Part shown: in pieces, positions 59,662-64,000 of the stretch
Numbering within the stretch: the stretch's first letter is position 1
How the letters are laid out: each line of letters begins with the position of its first letter
The notes under the pieces: model-generated
Databases searched by the model: none
Told to the model about the DNA's origin: nothing
What the model saw: only the letters and a program-made list of their open reading frames with translations
Position numbers and translations under genes: made by a program
Source: an uncultured Aliarcobacter sp.
Lineage (GTDB): Bacteria > Campylobacterota > Campylobacteria > Campylobacterales > Arcobacteraceae
Reading direction: 5' to 3'
Assembly (NCBI GenBank): GCA_963664305.2
Contig: CAXXLV010000002.1
Coordinates: 1,440,001 to 1,504,000 of the forward strand
Length of the DNA stretch: 64,000 bases

Positions 59662-62649
59662 TTATTTTCTCAAATACCTTAAAGTCGTATTGATAATGTC
59701 ATCATCATCTTTTGAAGGTGATTTTATTGTCTCTTTTGTATCATCAGCTTTTGTAAATGTAATATTCATTTCATATGAACTAATAGTTTGAATTCCAAGT
59801 TTTAAAGCTAAAATTTTTATGATAATTAACTCTATAAACTGTTTTGTTACAACATCAGGTTTTCCAAATCTATCTTCCATTTCTTCTTCAATAGTATAAA
59901 CTTCTTGAATATCAGTTGCCTTACTTAATCTTCTATAAAGTTCAAGTCTTACTCTATCTTCATGGATATAGTCTTCACTAATGTAAGCAGAAATTGCTAA
60001 CTTAATATCAACAGATTTTTTCTCAGGTTTATCATCTCCACTAAGACTTGCAAGTGCATCTTCTAACATTTTTAAATATAAACCATATCCTATTTGTTTT
60101 ATATGTCCACTTTGAGCTTCACCAACAATATTTCCACCACCTCTGATTTCTAAATCTTGGTGTGCTAAGGCTGTTCCACTTCCTAAGTATGAATTCGATT
60201 CAAGAGCTACAAGTCTTTTTACTGCATCATCAGTTATTGATTTTTTATCATCAACTATATAGTAACAATACCCTTCTTTATTACTTCTTCCAACTCTTCC
60301 TCTAAGCTGATGCAAATCAGCAATTCCAAATCTATCTGCACCATCAATAATAATAGAGTTTGCATTTGGTAAGTGAATTCCTGATTCTACTATTGAAGTA
60401 GCAAGTAAAATATCAAATTCTTTATTTTCAAAAGCTTCAATGATTTTTTCAGCATGCTCAGGTTTTATTTGAGAGTGAATAATATCTATTTTAATATTTG
60501 GAACAATAGCTTCTATATCTTTTTTCTTAGCTTCAATTGATGCAATGTTATTATGAACATAGAAAAGTTGCCCTCCTCTTCTTTTCTCTCTTAAAATTAT
60601 CTCTTTGATTAATTTTTCACTAAACTCTTTTACATAAGTTCGCACTCCTAATCTCTCACTTGGAGGCGTAAGAAGTGAACTCATACCTTTTAGTTTTGAT
60701 AAAGCTAGATTTAGAGTTCTTGGGATTGGTGTTGCACTCATAGAGAAGATATGAACATCTTCTCGTAAATGTTTTAATTTTTCTTTTTGTTTTACCCCAA
60801 ATTTATGTTCTTCATCAATGATAACTAAAGCTAAATTAGAAGTTTTTATATCAAGTAATGAGTGAGTTCCAATAACAAGTTTTATATCACCGTTTTCTAA
60901 ACCTTTTTTGATAGCAGTTTTTTCTTTTGCTGTTGTTTTTCCATCAAGTTTAGCAACATTTATTCCAAACTCTTCAAATCTCTTTTTTATTCCATGATAA
61001 TGTTGAGTAGCAAGAAGTGTTGTAGGACATACAAAAATAGCTTGATAACCATCTATAATAACAGCAAGTAAAGCATTCATTGCAACTTCTGTTTTTCCAA
61101 AACCAACATCCCCTGAAAGAAGTCTATCCATAACTCGACCGCTACTCAAATCAGTAAAAATCTCTTTAATACTTCTTTTTTGGTCTTTTGTATATTCAAA
61201 TCCAGCACTTTTTGGAAAATCTTCAAGGATTTTTTTATCGGTATTGATTTTTATACCATTTACAAGTTCCCTTGCAGCTGCTAGTTTTATAATATCATTT
61301 GCAATAGCAAAAAGTCTATCTTTAACTTTTTCTTTTAGTTTTGCAAAACTTCCCTTACCTAGTTTATCAACAACAGCATAAGAATTCCCATCAGCAACAT
61401 ATCTATCAATTAAGTCTATATTTTCAACAGGAATTAAAAGTTTATCTTCCCCTTGATACTGAACAATTACAAAGTCCCTTTTTGCTCCCATTACAGTAAC
61501 AGGTTCTATTCCTTTATATTGACCAATACCGTGTTTTTCATGTACTACAAAATCATTGTATTGAAGCTCATCAAGAACAAGCTTTACTTTTTTCTTTCTT
61601 CGTTTTTTTACCTCTTTATTTAAAGAAATTATTACTTCACTATCACTTACAAGATTTATAATTTGATTATCAAAAATATATTTGATATTTTTATCACTTA
61701 AATCTAAATCATAACCTTTTACTTTTGCTTCAGTTCCTGAAATAATTGTGATTTTTTTATCTTTATGAAAAGAGATAAACTCTTTTACATTTGCTGGATT
61801 TATCTCTTGATAATTTTTACTATTGTAAATTTGAGGTGTTAATAGAAATTTATCTTTGTTTATTCTTTTTTCTTCAAAAACATAAACTTCGTCCAACTCT
61901 TCTAATGCTTCTTGAGTAATAAATGAGCTTAAATTTTGTGGTAAATATTCCCCTAAATCATTTAAATACCAAAATCCTAAAGAGTGAATATCTTTTATAA
62001 AAGCATCACTAGAAACTGTTTGAACTTGCTCATTTATCTCTTCAAAAGATGCTTCATCAAGTGCTAAAAATGCAGGATTTATAGAAAAACTTTCAATCTC
62101 TTCTTTTGATGATTTTTGGTCTTCAATGTCAAATTTTCTAATACTTTCAACTTCATCATCAAATAAAGATACTCTATATCCCGCTTCACTACCAAGTGGG
62201 CAAATATCAATAATATCTCCTCTGATTGATACTTCACCTTCACTTGTAACAATATCTACAAAATAATATCCCCAATTAAAAAGTTTTGATTTTAATTCTT
62301 CTAAATGTAAAGTATCAGCAAAATTTATAGTGAAACTTTCAAAACATTTTTCTTTTGGAAGAGAATAAGAGATAGTTCGTATTGGAGAGATTAAGATTTT
62401 ATCTTGTTTTTTATATGAGTAAAAATCTCCTAAAGCCTTTGTAATTTCATGTAATTCATCGCTAAAAGAGAGTAAGTCATCACCAAAATTTGCTCTAAAA
62501 TCAGCTAAAACAAATGGTTTAAAACCTAAATATGAAACTATATCTTGGGCTATTTGAGCTTGTCTATCATCATTTACGATTAAAAGCTGACACTCTTTTA
62601 ATCTCTTTTCATCTTTTAAATTTTTTAAAAATTCATAAATATTTTTCAC
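59662..62649 (-). CDS. mfd: Transcription-repair coupling factor
   Basis: VVHEKHGIG CarD-like domain, GDVGFGKTEVA, DEEH, SATPIPRTL, QLRGRVGR. Confidence 0.97.
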   Translation of the reverse strand: MKNIYEFLKNLKDEKRLKECQLLIVNDDRQAQIAQDIVSYLGFKPFVLADFRANFGDDLLSFSDELHEITKALGDFYSYKKQDKILISPIRTISYSLPKEKCFESFTINFADTLHLEELKSKLFNWGYYFVDIVTSEGEVSIRGDIIDICPLGSEAGYRVSLFDDEVESIRKFDIEDQKSSKEEIESFSINPAFLALDEASFEEINEQVQTVSSDAFIKDIHSLGFWYLNDLGEYLPQNLSSFITQEALEELDEVYVFEEKRINKDKFLLTPQIYNSKNYQEINPANVKEFISFHKDKKITIISGTEAKVKGYDLDLSDKNIKYIFDNQIINLVSDSEVIISLNKEVKKRRKKKVKLVLDELQYNDFVVHEKHGIGQYKGIEPVTVMGAKRDFVIVQYQGEDKLLIPVENIDLIDRYVADGNSYAVVDKLGKGSFAKLKEKVKDRLFAIANDIIKLAAARELVNGIKINTDKKILEDFPKSAGFEYTKDQKRSIKEIFTDLSSGRVMDRLLSGDVGFGKTEVAMNALLAVIIDGYQAIFVCPTTLLATQHYHGIKKRFEEFGINVAKLDGKTTAKEKTAIKKGLENGDIKLVIGTHSLLDIKTSNLALVIIDEEHKFGVKQKEKLKHLREDVHIFSMSATPIPRTLNLALSKLKGMSSLLTPPSERLGVRTYVKEFSEKLIKEIILREKRRGGQLFYVHNNIASIEAKKKDIEAIVPNIKIDIIHSQIKPEHAEKIIEAFENKEFDILLATSIVESGIHLPNANSIIIDGADRFGIADLHQLRGRVGRSNKEGYCYYIVDDKKSITDDAVKRLVALESNSYLGSGTALAHQDLEIRGGGNIVGEAQSGHIKQIGYGLYLKMLEDALASLSGDDKPEKKSVDIKLAISAYISEDYIHEDRVRLELYRRLSKATDIQEVYTIEEEMEDRFGKPDVVTKQFIELIIIKILALKLGIQTISSYEMNITFTKADDTKETIKSPSKDDDDIINTTLRYLRK

Positions 62650-62954
62650 TATTTTTCTACTTGTACTAACTCAAAATCATTTGTTTCTTTATCATAATAA
62701 TATGTAGGATAAGGTGTTTCATTTAATAAAAAAATTAAATTTGCATCACTAAAGTTGTTTTTTTGAAGTCCTTTTTTAAATACTTCTAAAATATATGCTT
62801 TTGTTGAAAATGTTGTAGTTGTTGAATGTCCTGTATAAACAAAATCTTCTCCCTCAACAGGAGTAAATCCCTCTTTTTTTACGTGTTTTTCAAATTTTTC
62901 TTTATCTTCTAATCCACCAACATCAAGTAAAACTAAAACTTCAATTCCATCCAT
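62649..62954 (-). CDS. Conserved hypothetical protein
   Basis: ORF with GGGGA SD, coupled to mfd. Confidence 0.75.
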   Translation of the reverse strand: MDGIEVLVLLDVGGLEDKEKFEKHVKKEGFTPVEGEDFVYTGHSTTTTFSTKAYILEVFKKGLQKNNFSDANLIFLLNETPYPTYYYDKETNDFELVQVEK

Positions 62955-63116
62955 AAATATCCCCAAAAAATTTTTCGATTATTCTAACATATTAAAGTTT
63001 TGTTATTGATTGTAATAAATCTACACAAAAACTAATAATTTAAATTAAAATAATATTCAAAAACTATTTTTTATAATATGATATGTATTATTGATTTCAT
63101 TTCCAAAGGATTTAAA

Positions 63117-63353
63117 ATGAACTATGAATTACTTAGCAATCTTTATAAAGAAGAAGCAGAAAAAAATAAAAATGATGCCTTAATTCTAAAAACAAGAAAT
63201 GAAATATTACGTCATGAAGTAGAAAACTTAAAACTAAAAATCAAAAAACTTGAAGATGAAAAAACTTCTTTAGAAAAAGAGTTAGAATCTTTAAAAAGTG
63301 CATTGGAATTTAAAGAAGAAAAACAAAAAGAATCTTTTACTTATTATTCGTGA
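63117..63353 (+). CDS. Small coiled-coil hypothetical protein
   Basis: AAGGA SD before ATG at 63117; heptad pattern. Confidence 0.7.
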   Translation: MNYELLSNLYKEEAEKNKNDALILKTRNEILRHEVENLKLKIKKLEDEKTSLEKELESLKSALEFKEEKQKESFTYYS

Positions 63354-63374
63354 GGATTTATTTTAAATCCTCAC
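63350..63374. terminator. Hairpin between convergent genes
   Basis: gtgaggattta-ttt-taaatcctcac. Confidence 0.7.
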
Positions 63375-63377
63375 CTC

Positions 63378-64000
63378 TTAAGCAACTAATGCACTAATCA
63401 AACCAATTAGTCCACCAAAAACAGCTCCCCAAATAACTAACCACCCTAAATGTTCTTTGATTAGATTTTGAACTAATTCTTTTACCATTTTTGGAGTTAA
63501 TTCTTCAAGTCTTGCATTAACTATTGAACTTAATTTATCATAAATGTCTGCGCTTAAATCTTCTGATTTTAAAGCTTCATTTACTACTTCTTGAAAAGCA
63601 TCTGAACTAGAAATTGAAATAATTGATGCTTGTAATTTTTTTGTAAATGGTTCTCGTAAAGGTTCAAGAGCTGCTTCTCCTCCAAACATTCCTAACATTC
63701 CACCAAAAGAAGATTGCATCACTGATTCTTTCAAAGAATCATAAGCAGGTGCAAAATCAGTTTTATTTAATATTTTTTCAAAATCTATTGTTTTTTTAGC
63801 ACTAGAAACTTCTTCTTGAAAAAATTTTGTTAAATTTTCACGTGTAAAAAACTGATTCATTAAAAGGTTATGAATTGAAATTTTAAAAGCTGAGAATTTA
63901 CTCTCAATTACCCCACTTCCATATAAAAAAGGAACTTTTTCAAACAACATATGAATTGCAAGTGTATTTGTAACTGCTCCACTTAAAGCAAAAATTCCTA
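63378..64000 (-). CDS. DUF445-family membrane protein (partial, start beyond right edge)
   Basis: GAVTNTLAIHMLFEKVP..YGSGVI and HLGWLVIWGAVFGGLIG; frame open to the window edge. Confidence 0.85.
   Translation of the reverse strand, partial: GIFALSGAVTNTLAIHMLFEKVPFLYGSGVIESKFSAFKISIHNLLMNQFFTRENLTKFFQEEVSSAKKTIDFEKILNKTDFAPAYDSLKESVMQSSFGGMLGMFGGEAALEPLREPFTKKLQASIISISSSDAFQEVVNEALKSEDLSADIYDKLSSIVNARLEELTPKMVKELVQNLIKEHLGWLVIWGAVFGGLIGLISALVA

Noticed and set aside
63006..63019. FNR-like TTGAT-N4-ATAAA site
   Set aside because: One mismatch in very AT-rich DNA is plausible by chance; no supporting context.

Overview
Very AT-rich chromosomal segment from a Campylobacterota bacterium, most likely Arcobacteraceae (inferred from protein sequences and gene order). 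It is mostly housekeeping genes (mutS-family, leuA, ftsH, prmA, dus, rlmH, accD, metK, glmS, suhB, groES-groEL, ispA, panD, xseA, ubiE/menG, mfd) interspersed with many signalling genes (histidine kinases, response regulators, HD-GYP, GGDEF, CheW, a CZB chemoreceptor). I saw no rRNA, tRNA, CRISPR array, IS or prophage. The best candidate for an undescribed system is the + strand 9-gene operon at 24845-32800. It encodes a MacB/FtsX-type ABC pair, a cbb3 (CcoN)-like heme-copper oxidase homolog that keeps the heme ligands but lacks the CuB His-His pair, an MFS-like membrane protein, YceI, a secreted protein, a metallophosphoesterase and an OmpR-family two-component system, behind 11-bp-period TTCAT repeats. 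Signals missing from the ORF track include a Leu-rich leader peptide before leuA, a repeat array/uORF before metK, a 12-codon sORF transcription unit (~32837-33012), an anti-SD sRNA candidate (~58100-58222) and a probable AUC start codon for a flavoprotein. A CowN homolog is present with no nif genes nearby. All family assignments are from motif recognition; no searches were run.
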